DNA from: Callorhinchus milii
Lineage: Eukaryota
Reading direction: 5' to 3'
Length of the DNA: 64,000 nucleotides
Assembly: GCF_018977255.1 (NCBI RefSeq)
Contig: NW_024704756.1
Span: 2,790,001-2,854,000, forward strand
Shown here in pieces: positions 22,427 through 33,171 of the stretch. The translations under genes and the position numbers were made by a program. Under the pieces are notes generated by a model. The model was not told the origin of the DNA. It was given only the letters and a program-made list of their open reading frames with translations, and searched no databases. Each line of letters starts with the position of its first letter. Positions within the stretch are counted from its first letter, which is position 1.

Positions 22427-23721
22427 TCAGTCCAAAAATTGCTTGTTTTTTTCTTCCTGCTTGATCAGGAAGCCTGAACAGCAGACTGACCTCTTTGCGT
22501 GAATCTTGCAACACTTATGCATTTCTTCGATCACATGCTGACATTTGCTTTCCTGATAATGATAAGCTGCAAAAGAAAAGTGAACAAGAGCAGTGTGATA
22601 CACCCAGAATTCTCTCGCTAACTACAAGACTTCAAGCATGCAAGAGATGTGCTAATTCAGTGGTTGTTAAAATAATACTTGCATTTGATATACCGTCTTA
22701 TAATGTTGTTGAGACATCTCAAAGCTCTTCACTGAACATACTGTACACTGAATTGATTGTGTTTATTGAGAGTGAAATGAGGTACCCAACAGCGCACAGC
22801 AGTGTCCCACAAACTGTGGTGATTTGAGTGACCAAATTTTTTTAGGGATTATTACCCCTGGAAAAGTGATCCACCAATCGACTAACAACTGGGTTTTTCG
22901 GGGTGTGGAGTAAGGAAAGTTTCCCAACATTTCTCCCTGCCCAGTAATCGAACACGGGTCCTCTCGCTTGCAAGTCGATTACTCTAACCGCTAAGCTACA
23001 GGACTCCTGTAGCGTGTTGGTTAGTGTATTGGTTAAAGTGACTATCTAGCAGGAAACTAAACCATACAGATCTGGAAGGTCCACTTTGAGGCTGTGTCCA
23101 AGGCAGTGGGATGCTACCCTGCGTAAGGGGCACTCTATAAATGTAAGTTGTTGTTATGCTGAGTTAGCTAATCTGAGACAGGGCAGCACTGGAGTACTAT
23201 AATTGTCCTAATGTTTGGGAGAGAAAAAAACAACCAGGGTTCCTAATCCCAATTTGCTAAATATAAAGTACTAATATAAATAATAGCCAGTACTCGGCAT
23301 CAAACCTCCTGTGCCTGCTAAACTGAATGGAACTGCTGTCTATTCCTTGTAACAAAACATCACTCAAGCAGCCCTAATGCAGGAGGAGATAGGACCAGGT
23401 AAAATATTAAATGAAGACTCCTCCCTATGAGATATCTGCACCAGTCTTTGTCAGCCCATGCCATGGTCCTTTAAATAAAGACAACCTTAACACATAAACT
23501 TAAATAATAATAATAATAATCCTTGCATTTGATTTTGAGTTTTATCACATTGTCTAGACATCTCAAAGTGCTTCAGAGGATATATTGTACAGTGGATTGA
23601 CGGTGAACTTTGTGAGCGAAAAGCGGCAGCCAGTTTGCGCACAGCAAAACCTCTAAACTTCACCTTGTAAACACTTCTGTATTTCACAGGCCTGGGTCTG
23701 GCAGGGGTCTCTGGTCGACAT
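22427..23721 (-). CDS. CMC4: Cx9C motif-containing protein 4 (p8 MTCP1NB), 2 coding exons, 65 aa
   Basis: Minus-strand exons 23721-23664 and 22566-22427 joined by a phase-1 GT-AG intron: MSTRDPCQTQACEIQKCLQAYHYQESKCQHVIEEMHKCCKIHAKRSVCCSGFLIKQEEKNKQFLD*. It matches the CMC4 pattern DPCQ.QACEIQKCLQ...ESKC...KCC...RSV.CSGF and lies head-to-head with BRCC3 as in mammals. Acceptor upstream of the ATG at 23732-23734; candidate non-coding first-exon donor at 25042-25041. Confidence 0.93.
22670..23008 (-). mobile_element. tRNA-SINE in the CMC4 coding intron
   Basis: Same family as 33396-33729 (TCGAAC...TCTAACCGCTAAGCTACAGGACTCC). Confidence 0.75.
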
Positions 23722-23834
23722 ACCAACACGTCTGAAAATAAGAATACAGAAAATGACTTGTTGCAATGTATGAAGTGTGTTGGTTTTAGGCTGCTCCTGC
23801 GCTACACAGTGAGATGGATCCTTATAGACCACAA

Positions 23835-24160
23835 CTACTCGCTAACTAACGTACCAGTCAACAGGAGTTTCAGCAAGAGACTGGATTGGGCCCTTAGCTG
23901 TGAAAACTGCCAAAGCCGTTAATTGTGGGTTACTGACACAGTGCAAACGCAGCACTGGCATGTGAGGAGTTTGAGGGGATTGTGGCAATGGCAGTTCTCA
24001 CCACGTGTGATATTTGAGCCAGTGTCCTGTCTGTGTATAACCGTCAGGTCCGAGGGAACGGATGGCTGGATATGGACTATGGAGTTTGAGACTCGGCTGT
24101 CAATACAGCCCTATACTTATTTTAGATGTTTTCAGGTAATTGGACACCTCTGTCCCCATT
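23835..24160 (-). pseudogene. Candidate degenerate MTCP1/TCL1-family (p13) relic inside CMC4 intron 1
   Basis: Exon-like segment 23897-23855 (ttttcacag / gtacgt) reads LRAQSSLLLKLLLT, versus MTCP1 C-terminus VRGVQELLLKLLPDD. Upstream segment ~24160-24002 reads ISIGLY*QPSLKLHSPYPAIRSLGPDG/LYTD, versus VPLGDAARPSHLLTSQLPLMWQLYPEERYMD. In-frame TGA at 24102-24100 and a frameshift near 24040. Position is syntenic. Manual alignment against a remembered sequence. Confidence 0.55.
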
Positions 24161-24652
24161 ATCTTTTTTCGTAAATGTGTTGCCGCATCACTCGAGCTTC
24201 GTGCTGTTTTGATATATAAATGCATTTTGTATTTATTTGATATCACGTCTCCAAACACAGAATGCCTTATGCACAGACTCCCTCTGGCTGTGCCTTATAC
24301 ACAGACACGCCCACCCTCCCCGTCTGACTGTTCCTTGTGCCAGACACCCCCCATCCCTCACCCCACCCCCGTGTCCCCCCCCCCCCAACCTCTCTAGCTG
24401 ACTCCGCAATTGTGTGCTGCTGCGTTTGCCAACTTTGCTGTTGCTGTTGTTGTTGTTTGAGCGCCTTGGGACGTCCTCCCGACGTGAAGGGCGCTACGCA
24501 AATGCAATCTTGTTGTTGTTGTTGCCTACGGGTCACAGTAAATCCTGTGAAGGCGCTTCGGGACGTCCTTCCGACACAATGTGATACAGCGCTAAACCAA
24601 ATGGAAGGATTATTGTTGTTGTTATTGTGATGTACAGAGTCTGTCTGACTCT

Positions 24653-25011
24653 CACACACACACACAGACACAGGGACACACAGACACGGGGTCACAGACA
24701 CGGGGTCACAGACACACAGGGTCACACAGGGACACAGGGTCACACAGACACGGGGTCACACAGACACAGAATCACAGACACACAGGGACACATAGACACA
24801 CAGGGACACACAGACACACAGGGATACAGGGTCACACAGACACACGGACACACAGGGTCACACAGACACACAGGGACACACAGACACACAGGGATACAGG
24901 GTCACACAGACACACAGGGACACACAGACACACAGGGTCACACAGACACACAGGGACACACAGACACACAGGGTCACACAGACACACAGGGTCACACAGG
25001 GACACAGACAC
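24653..25011. repeat. (CACACAGACACACAGGGT/A)n tandem repeat in CMC4 intron 1
   Basis: About 18 bp units, direct inspection. A GT/G-rich tract also lies at 25230-25390. Confidence 0.9.
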
Positions 25012-25042
25012 GAGCTCTGCCTGACAGCCCCCCCCCCCGTAC

Positions 25043-25500
25043 CTGCCTGGAGCCGCCGGTGTGTGCACCCGCTAATCTGTCCCTCTTCCCCCTTTGATCA
25101 CTTGGGATTCATTCGTTTTTTTCACATACATTTGGGCAAAAATAAAAGGGTTAAAATCACACCCGAGAATGACAGACATTTGCACAGACAGCACTGGAGC
25201 TTCACTTTTATGTATTTTTATTTATTTTTGGTGGGGGACGTGTGTCTGTGGGGGGGTGTGTGTGGGGAGGTGTGGTGTGTGTCTGTGGGTGTGGGTGGGA
25301 GTGGGGGTGTGTGTGTGGGGTGGGAGTGGGGGTGTGTGGGTGGGGTGTGTGTCTGTGGGGGTGTGTGTGTGTGGGGGGTGGGGGGGGATTGTTGTGTTGG
25401 AGGCTCCGGAACCAATGCTCTGCGGCGCCGTTTGCACCCGGAGGGGATGTGTCGGGGGGTGGGGGTGACTTCCGGTGAGCGGTTGGCGGAGGCCGAGATG
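25043..25500. promoter_or_regulatory. Bidirectional CMC4/BRCC3 promoter
   Basis: Head-to-head genes about 450 bp apart. ETS/GABP motif ACTTCCGG at 25468-25475, YY1-like GATGGCGG over the BRCC3 start, CpG-rich to about 26300. Confidence 0.6.
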
Positions 25501-28500
25501 GCGGTTTGCGGGGTCCACCTGGAGTCGGACGCCTTCCTGGTGTGTCTGAACCACGCTCTGTCCACCGAGAAGGAGGAGGTGATGGGGCTGTGTATCGGGG
25601 AGGTGAGGCCGACAGCCCTGAGCAGCGCCCCAACCCCCCCCATAGCAACAGGCCTCCCCGCTCCCTAGCAACCGCCCCCTGGGCAGTGTTACCCTGGCAA
25701 CCGCTCCGGAGTCTCCCTAGTAACTGCCCCCCCATCCCAATAACAACAACAACAACAGCAACCCGCATGTTCACAGCGCCCCCTCCCCTCCCCTCCCCCG
25801 GGTTGGCGTCTCACGGTAGCGGTGCCTCCGGCCGAGCCGGTGGGGGGGTTGGGGGGGGGGAGGGGTGTGGCCCTGATAATAATCCTTGTATTTGACCCAG
25901 GGCCTTGTCAGGTGGTTGCGGGGTCTCAGGGGGGCACCGGGCCCACGGTTACCTTGGGTTACCCGCCGCCTCGACTGTGCCGATGCCGCCCTGTCCGGCC
26001 GCTGCCCACACGCTGGACCTCACCGCCTGAACTCTCGCCCCAGGGCTCGCCCGGCTCCCTGTCACGGAACGGATCGATTTCAAGGTCCTCACGCTCGTCT
26101 GCACATCCCGTCTCGCCCTGGGACCTCCCCCTCCCTGCCTTTCCGACCGGCTTGCTCTCCGCTCCCCGCTATCCGCTGCCTTCGTTTGGCTGCATCTGGA
26201 GATGGGGACCATCTACTAAAACCTACTGGGATACCCTTCACCTTTCAGCAGCCGTCCTCACCTCGGAGTGAGGATGGCAGCTCCTGTCAAATGGCGTCTC
26301 TGTGGACAAGGCGAACATAAGAAATCTCTTGATTTTTCCTCAGGTTGACACGAGCAGGATTGTCCACATTCACTTCGTCATCATCCTACGGCGCTCGGAC
26401 AAACGCAAGGATCGGGTCGAAATTTCTCCAGAACAACTTTCTGCAGCTTCCACTGAAGCAGAGATATCCTTTCCAGTCCCCTGAGAGTGAAGCCTGCCAT
26501 CGGATGCAGCACTCTGACTGACATGGTTCCACGTTAATATTAGCTAAGGGTTGAAAAATGTGGGTGTCAAATTAATGCATGCTTGTGGGACTAAGTTCAG
26601 CTCCCACCCTCAGCTCTGATGCCCAGTCAGAATTGGCGAGCGCTTTGTGACGCCCTCCTAACGTGAAAGGTGCTTATGTAAGTAAGTGCATCAAGGTGAG
26701 GGATGTCAAAGGGAATGAATTGTCTTTATCCCTATTTGATTACAAGCTCTGTATCAAACATTTACAGTTGACATAGCACAGTTTGGATTCAAGGTAAAGC
26801 TATAATATTTTCTTCCCAATTATCATAACTTCATAGAGTTAATTTGCAGCAAAGGTTCTGATAGATGCAGGGTGCATCTTTTAAATACGTCTATCTGGAA
26901 GCAAATTATGAAGAGTATGTGTGGGTGCTGCGTAAAGAAAAGCACAGGCTTTGGGTTCCAGCCTATGTCATTATAATCCTTAACAATTCACACAGATTAG
27001 CTGAAATGACTGGCCGTCCAATGAGAGTGGTGGGATGGTACCACTCTCATCCCCATATCACTGTATGGCCTTCACATGTGGGTAAGTGTATATCTGTATG
27101 GTATATGAGCATGTTACTGCACTAGTTATTCTTGTTAATGGTCTAACAACCGTCAGTTCCTGCACTTCTAACCTCTGGAACTCCTTCCATCTCGCCCTCT
27201 TTCTATCGGTCTTTACGTCCTACCTTTAAAACGACCCTAAACCAGCGCCTTGGGACGTCCTCCCGACAAAATGTAATTTTGTATTGTACTTCTTCGACTG
27301 TATTGATGGTCACTTCCTGTTCTCCTTTCCCAGGGTCTGATCCCATTATTATGAAACACTCTGAGATGTTATCCGACATGCAGGGCACTATGTAAATACG
27401 AGCTGTTCTATGTAGTCTTTAGTTAGCAGTCGAAAGTGAACGTTCCCTTTGTTTGGCCTGGTACCTTTTTTTTTGTGTATATTTAATTAAGGGATCATTT
27501 TGGCTCAATTGGTGCGCTCTCGCTTCTAGAACAAGAAGGTTACGGGTTTGAGTCCCATGTCGGTATACTGTAGTATAACACTGGGGAAGGGCTGGGAGAC
27601 TGAAGCTACGAGTAGGTGAGATTGAGAATTGAGATCCTCATTGAGCTTAAAAAAGCATAGGAGGGTGGAATCGTCAGAGTCTAGTATAGAACTAGAGATG
27701 TGCAACATTATTGGAGGTGTTGTCCTTTGGATGAGATTGAATACTGACATCCTGTGTGGAAGTTAAAGTGCATGGGAGGGGGAATCTTGAAAGCATCTCA
27801 TGTAAATGTAATTGCCATTGCAAATTGAGTGTGTATTGTGAGTAATCTGTCCACATTCTGAAAATCCTGATGTGTTTCTCACTGTGGTGTCTCTTTATCA
27901 GATGTTCGTACACAGGCCATGTATCAGATGATGGATCAGGGCTTTGTGGGTCTTATCTTCTCCTGTTTCATCGAGGATAAGAACACTAAGGTCTGTCCCA
28001 ACTCTCTGTTTTATTAAGTACCTGTATTGCCCCCTGAGGCAATAAGTGTTGATCTGGCTCTTTCTCACAAAGTACTCAAGGGATTGGAGGCAGAGGCCAA
28101 ATCGTAGGAAAACTTTCCTGACTTTTTATCCACCTCGTGGCAGTATACAAGTTACTCTCCCCTCCTCCAACCCCATTCACAACCAGCGAATGTTGTGTAG
28201 TAGGCCTAAATTATATTAAAATATTTTCTATAAAGGTTACCCATTAGTCAAATTGCAGGATAGAATGGATCATTTCCTACTTTTTACACCTGATGTCAGC
28301 ATTAAGTGAAGGTTGTTCTGCCCTCCCAATCAAAGCTCTTACAGACCAGTTATTACATAGGTTAGAGACAGAGCAACAATTTACCTTAAACTTTGGCTTT
28401 GTAGAGTACACATATTGTACTTGTATAGCCTCTCCATTTCTCATTCTAGCGTGCTTTCACCCTTGGTAAATGAGACTGATAATTCATCATAAACTACGAG

Positions 28501-30789
28501 CAGCTTTGACACTTTACAGCTAACAGAGATATTTGATTCACCATTCTGGTCTGTAATCCCCCTGCCCTTTGCAATGCACCACTTTATTTTCTTCCTCTTA
28601 AACTGTTTATCTAATTCCTGGTCTACCCTATGAAAACCATATCAACCCGACTGGTGTATGACAATAGTTTTTGGTCTTATAGAGAGAAGATGTTGTAATT
28701 CTGCCCAACTGGGTAACTTGAATACCATAGCTTAATAATACATTCTCTATTTTTCCACTTTCAGACGGGTCGAGTTCTTTATACCTGTTTTCAGTCAATA
28801 CAAGCACAGAAAGGTTCTGAGTAAGTGGAGTTTCCCCAATTCCCAAGCCCAAGATATAAGACACTTGATGCTTAATATGTTGTTATTAGTAATATTACAC
28901 TTAGCCACGTTCCCGGTTGAGCATTGACATTCCAGTTTGATATTGTTGAACAGCCTGTGTATCTAAAACAGTTTTGTCAAAACAGTTTTGACAACCTGCT
29001 ACTGTATCTATTAAAGTAAAATAAACACTAGTTAATTTGTCTTGAATCTAATGCTGAGACTTCTCAAAGATGGCTTTAGAGTCTGGATGGATTCCGAGTT
29101 TTATAAGGCAAAAAATTCAGCATCCATTCCTAATATGTTTTGGACATTAGTTTGATTTTGTGTAATATCATGAAGCTCAACTAAACGTGAATTAATTCCT
29201 TCCGATAATTTGGCTGCAGGTTTGAACGAATAGAGATCCCAATCCATGTAGTGCCTCATGAAACCATTGGCAAAGTGTGCCTGGAATCTGCTGTTGAGCT
29301 CCCCAAAATCCTTTGCCAGGAGGAGCAAGATGCTTATCGAAGAATTTACAGGTAATGTAAGAAGGTTTGGGAAGGTGGAGATGCTACAAAATTGGGTATA
29401 AATATAGTGCGGGCTTAATCTATCCTGGGTTCCAATCAGCACAAAACTGCTCTTAATTCAAGACTAAATCCAGGTTGAATTTTTAACCTTAAATGGGCAA
29501 TCTCATTTGGAGGACTAGAGATTAGTTTTACATTACATGAAATCATGCTGTAGCTGAATAGTGGTCCTTGGTGCCAACACTTGTTAACCTAAACTGGGAA
29601 AGTGTTGCATTGCCCAGCACTAACTTCTGCAAACATCAGTCTTGATCTCAGCACCTTGGGGCATCCTCTGGATGTGATATAAATTAATTTGTTGTTGATC
29701 GTTCTCATAGAGTCTCCTTGTCCATTCAGCAGGGGATTCTGACATATGAAACCTTAACTGTTTTCATTTTGTTGGTATGCACCTGCAGATGGGAAATCCC
29801 CAACCTTCTTTCCTATTTGTGTCTCATTATAGTTGCAGTAGTTTCTTACGTAATGCAGTTTATTTCCCACTGGGTCTTGGCATGTCTGTAACTTCTTTGT
29901 CATTGATATTTCAGTTTGTCACATCTGGATCCTATCACCAAGATTCACAATGGATCAGGTAAAGGATAGTTTGCTCTTACAACTTAATTTTTTCATATTA
30001 TACATATACAGAGCAGCTTTGTTACAGCACTGATTCGTTTATAATACAAATGCATCAGGTTGCTGTACTGACGGCAATGTAAAAATCTGGAAGTTGGAAG
30101 TGATTTTTTGTTAGCATGGGAAACAGCCAGCATAGAAATATCCCACAAAAGCCATATGACCGATTTTATTTGGGGGATTGTTAACTAGGACACTGTGAGA
30201 GAGAGAGACTCCTCTTTTTGAATAGTGTCATGGGATCTTTAACATCCATCTGAACAGGCAGACGGGACCTCAGTTTAACGTCTTTTCAGTATGGTACCTT
30301 TGATATACAGCACCCATCCAGCACTGCATTGAGTGTCAGCTTCAAAGTCCTGACATGGGGCTTGAACCCACAACCTTTTCTGAATCGTATACAAGTGCAA
30401 ATTGCTACTTTTGTTCAATGGGTGCAGTTTGTAGTTGTCTCTAATAGAAAAAGGTGAGTGAGTGCGGGAGGGAAAGGAGCTGGATTCAAAGATTTGTGTG
30501 CTGTCCCCCTGGCTGTTCTGATTTAGACAAGAGTTTACTAAGATGCATTCTGGATTTAGAAATACTCGTAGCACCAACAATAAATCCTGATCTGCGGAGA
30601 CTGTGCATTTAATAGACGTATTGTGTTATGTTTCTAGTTTTCACAAAGAACCTGTGCAGCCAGATGTCATCAATCAGTGGGCCCTTGTTGCAGTGGCTGG
30701 AGGACCGTTTGGTGCAGAACAAACAGCACGTCCTGGAGCTTCAGCGAGAAAAGGAACAGCTCCTCCAGGAACTGGCCGGCCTGAAGTGA
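25498..30789 (+). CDS. BRCC3: Lys63-specific JAMM deubiquitinase BRCC36, 8 coding exons, 261 aa
   Basis: Exons 25498-25602, 26344-26463, 26994-27081, 27902-27990, 28765-28820, 29220-29351, 29915-29958, 30638-30789 (786 nt). Protein MAVCGVHLESDAFLVCLNHALSTEKEEVMGLCIGE...RRSDKRKDRVEISPEQLSAASTEAERLAEMTGRPMRVVGWYHSHPHITVWPSHVDVRTQAMYQMMDQGFVGLIFSCF...LQELAGLK*. JAMM motif intact. Intron 2 is AT-AC. Confidence 0.97.
26464..26993 (+). other. U12-type (minor spliceosome) AT-AC intron in BRCC3
   Basis: 5' site ATATCCTTTC at 26464, branch point TCCTTAAC at 26977-26984, 3' AC at 26992-26993. Splicing here restores the conserved EAE|RLAE. Confidence 0.93.
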
Positions 30790-32051
30790 AAGCAATTCTA
30801 GGAGCTGAGGGAAAATGGGGCTGGAAAGCGCACCAGATAATTCCTCGCTAATACCATGTTCAGGGAGGTTGTCAAAGTGTAACAAAGCTCCGTGCAGTAA
30901 GGCTTTAACGCCAAATTGAAGGTTCCCACTTTGTCTGAGTAACTCCGCACCTAGAATAATGAAATCTAGCACACTAGTGCACAAGGCAACCAAAGCTGAA
31001 GATGGGGGCTGCTCAGCTCACTGGTTGCTCCAGGTATTGGTTATTGGGTTGAAATAAGCCATTGTACAATACAGGCAATTTTTTGCTGCTGTTCTAACAG
31101 TCGACAGCTTTCTTGTTTTAACGATTGATTCCTTTGAATCACACAGTCCCATGGGAAATGGCAGTTTAACCTACAACCAGAATGAAATCCAGATCAGGGA
31201 ATTTATTAACTGTATGTCAACTGGCTGCTTGTGTTTTGAGATGGATCGACATAGGATCAAACTGCTGACAGATTTGATTTTCTTTTCCTTTTATGCAGAA
31301 CAGACGTAAGCTGTTAGTTAGGTCAGAATTGGTCAATTGTGTACTATTAATATTAGCAGTTTACTGCTAGAGGCACCTAGTGGTAGAATATAAAGATTGC
31401 ACCAACATTCGGTCTCTTACTTTGATGGGTGTCCCGTTTGAACAACCTGGGCCTTTTTACTGAGGTATGCGATTACAATGTTAAGTTGCATGCACACTTT
31501 GATCGAATGCTGGTGGTAACCTTGCTCGCTCTAATACAATGTTGATTAAGTAATTTGATTGTCTTGTGTCTGTCCAGCACAAAGCACAGTAGGTATAGAG
31601 TTTCCACTCTACCCTCAGCTTGATTCAGCAATACTGGAAATTTATTAGAATACCGAAAAGCAATTTGATTTTTAACGTAGTCCTGGTGAACCACAGAGCA
31701 CTAACTGAACAGCCACAATCCAGTAGCAGTCTTGCTGCCTGTCTTTCTATAGGACTTGCTATGTATACTGCCCCTTATGCAAATGACTCCACTATCTCTT
31801 GCGGGCACCTGTGCCTCACTTTGCCAGATTGTGGTCTACACATGTAACGTATATTGTACGCTGTTGCCATCTTTGGGCCATGTGCCTCTGGTGAGAATGG
31901 ACTGTCCGTCTGTCCGTCTGTGACTGGGTGTACAGCCCACTGCCGATAAACCAAAGCAGGCATTTAGCCGTGGGCCCGCTTACACAATGAAATGGACGCT
32001 ATTTACATTGGAGATTGTGTATTTAAACATCTGTACTGAGTAAATATTACA

Positions 32052-32057
32052 AATAAA
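32052..32057 (+). terminator. Probable BRCC3 polyadenylation signal
   Basis: AATAAA about 1.26 kb after the stop codon, following unique UTR-like sequence. Confidence 0.55.
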
Positions 32058-33171
32058 TGCTGCCTTCTGCTAATATGAATTGGCTGCTGTCCAGCTTCTC
32101 TCTGCCTTACATATTGTTCTGTCAGAGCTCTTTGAATAGGTTTGTGGATAGAGCCCCCGCCAACGTGTTGCTGAGTCATAAAGAGCAGCAGTAGGGTTTA
32201 AGTTCAAATTCTGATCTCTATTGAGTTAGTGGTTTTCATTTTTAGATGCAGCATTTGTGTTTAGGAAGGGACAGTCGGACAGGATTCTGACTCGCTGATC
32301 GCTATATAGTTCTTCGCCCCACCCCCAACCACCCTCAGAAAGTTCATGTGGATACCAGTCAAGCTCCCACAGTCAAATAGATTCTCTCCAAGATTGAGGA
32401 GATTTACTTCAAACGTCTGGTGCCTAAAAGCACGCGAGAGTTCCTCATTCATCCCGAGACTAAGCCAACCCGATACGTTATTGAAGGTTAAATATGGTGC
32501 CATTCGTGTGGTACGTACATCCAGGAGCCAATATTTACACAACCATTGTGAGTGAGGAGGTGATTCTCACCACAACACATGGCTGTTGTATCTCCTCACT
32601 GTGACCTCACAGAGACATGGCAATCAGCTAAATCCACACATGAAGAAAACGCTATGGTTACAAGCCCAACATCCATCACAGTCAGAGTAAATTAGAAATC
32701 CTACCTTTACATCATATCATTTATTGTTTGTACCAGGTGTTAGCTGTTTTTTATTCTGATTTTCACGTAAATCTATTTGGATCATATCTGTGCTGGAAAT
32801 TCACAACAACTCCATCAATATCCAAAAGAAAAAAGGTTGACATTTTAGCTGAAGTCTTTCATCCACTTTATTTCCCCCCCCCCCCGTTTGATTTTGCTAA
32901 TCTCCACGTTGGATTCTAACCTTTGATTTGATTTGTTGAGATGTGCCCAAGCATTGAATGCACGGCTTATCTATCTGTGGTCCCTCCTACTGAGGTAGCG
33001 ACAGAGCAGTTGCACAGAGACAAAAGGAGACGGGCTCTCTGAATGGCATGTTGAGGGATGCACAGTTACAGAAGACAACCAACCGATCACTTTACAGCAT
33101 AACCAGCCGGCTAAGTCTCATATTCCATACACAACGTTCCTGAGGGGAAAAATCATCTAGAGGCTGGTGAA

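Noticed and set aside
24240-24320. Possible first exon of the MTCP1 relic (QPEGV vs HQEGI)
   Set aside because: Similarity too weak to distinguish from chance, so it is excluded from the relic coordinates.
24267-25097. Gln/His/Thr-rich ORFs
   Set aside because: Derived from SINE tails and the CACACAGA repeat.
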